The notes under the pieces: generated by a model
The model's input: the letters and a program-made list of their open reading frames with translations, nothing else
What the model was told of the DNA's origin: nothing
Database searches by the model: none
IMG/VR virus record: IMGVR_UViG_3300020043_003697
Coordinates: 1-33,112 of that record
Length of the DNA stretch: 33,112 nt
Origin: a virus
Lineage: Duplodnaviria; Caudoviricetes
Direction: 5' to 3' (one strand)
Part shown: positions 32,785-33,112 of the stretch, in pieces
How the letters are laid out: each line of letters opens with the position of its first letter
Numbering within the stretch: the first letter of the stretch is position 1
Translations under genes and position numbers: made by a program

Positions 32785-33072
32785 TTATTTGATGTTTTCT
32801 TCATTGTTGCAGTTATTACATAAGCCTGAGCCATCGCCATCGCCATAGCCTGAGCCTGAGCCATTACCAAGGCCATTACCAAGGCCATCACCATAGCCAT
32901 CACCTGAGCCTGAGCCATTACCATAGCCTGAGCCTGAGCCAAGGCCTGAGCCAGAGCCAGCGCCAGCGCCATAGCCAGAGCCATGGCCATCGCCAAGGCC
33001 ATCACCATTGCCAGAGCCGTCACCATAGCCAGAGCCTAAAAAGTCCACAAATTGTTTATTATTTATAGTCAT
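32785..33072 (-). CDS. Gly-rich (Gly-X)n low-complexity protein, copy 2 (95 aa, MTINNKQFVDFLGSGYGDG...CNNCNNEENIK)
   Basis: AAGGAA SD before ATG 33070-33072 (equivalent to 79-81); long Gly-X tract; CxxC near the C-terminus. Confidence 0.7.
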   Translation of the reverse strand: MTINNKQFVDFLGSGYGDGSGNGDGLGDGHGSGYGAGAGSGSGLGSGSGYGNGSGSGDGYGDGLGNGLGNGSGSGYGDGDGSGLCNNCNNEENIK

Positions 33073-33112
33073 TGATTCCTTTTGCAGCAAATGTTTAATA
33101 ATTAGCCAGAGC
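32992..33112. repeat. Terminal direct repeat, identical to 1-121
   Basis: Exact sequence identity, read directly. Confidence 0.95.

Noticed and set aside
32992-33112. Biological direct terminal repeat
   Set aside because: It lies mid-gene and far from terS; more simply explained as an assembly overlap.
1-33112. Alternative genetic code
   Set aside because: All core genes are intact under code 11, and TAA, TGA and TAG all appear as stops.

Overview
The window is an apparently complete, circularised genome (about 32,991 bp unique; bases 1-121 are repeated exactly at 32992-33112) of an AT-rich tailed phage with P22-like podovirus morphogenesis genes and a lambdoid-style layout. Divergent early promoters at about 2815-2897 drive two arms. 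The leftward arm (ERF recombinase, SSB, a DUF6948-like gene, two tandem Gly-rich ORFs and small hypotheticals) wraps across the junction to 30512. The rightward arm carries a Cro-like HTH, NinB-like, DUF1376/YdaU-type initiator, P-like loader and NinG genes. These are followed by terS/terL, portal, an inserted 5-gene block, scaffold, P22-type coat, adaptor, tail fibre, nozzle, ejection proteins and a lysis cassette (M15 endolysin, holin, Rz with an embedded Rz1, implying a Gram-negative host). I recognise no integrase, CI repressor, N, Q, tRNA, CRISPR array or RT. The most striking unexplained signals are: (i) a ~370-nt non-coding, multi-stem candidate RNA with its own near-consensus sigma70 promoter and an interleaved A-B-A'-B' terminator/antiterminator (or pseudoknot), inserted between holin and spanins (29590-29990); (ii) three perfect CRP-type boxes plus 11-bp phased repeats upstream of terS; (iii) a DUF6948-like gene followed by duplicated (Gly-X)n ORFs; (iv) an ssb gene that seems to start at ATT; (v) a similar hairpin plus long stem in both early transcripts. 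Family names come from motif recognition and recall, not from database searches.
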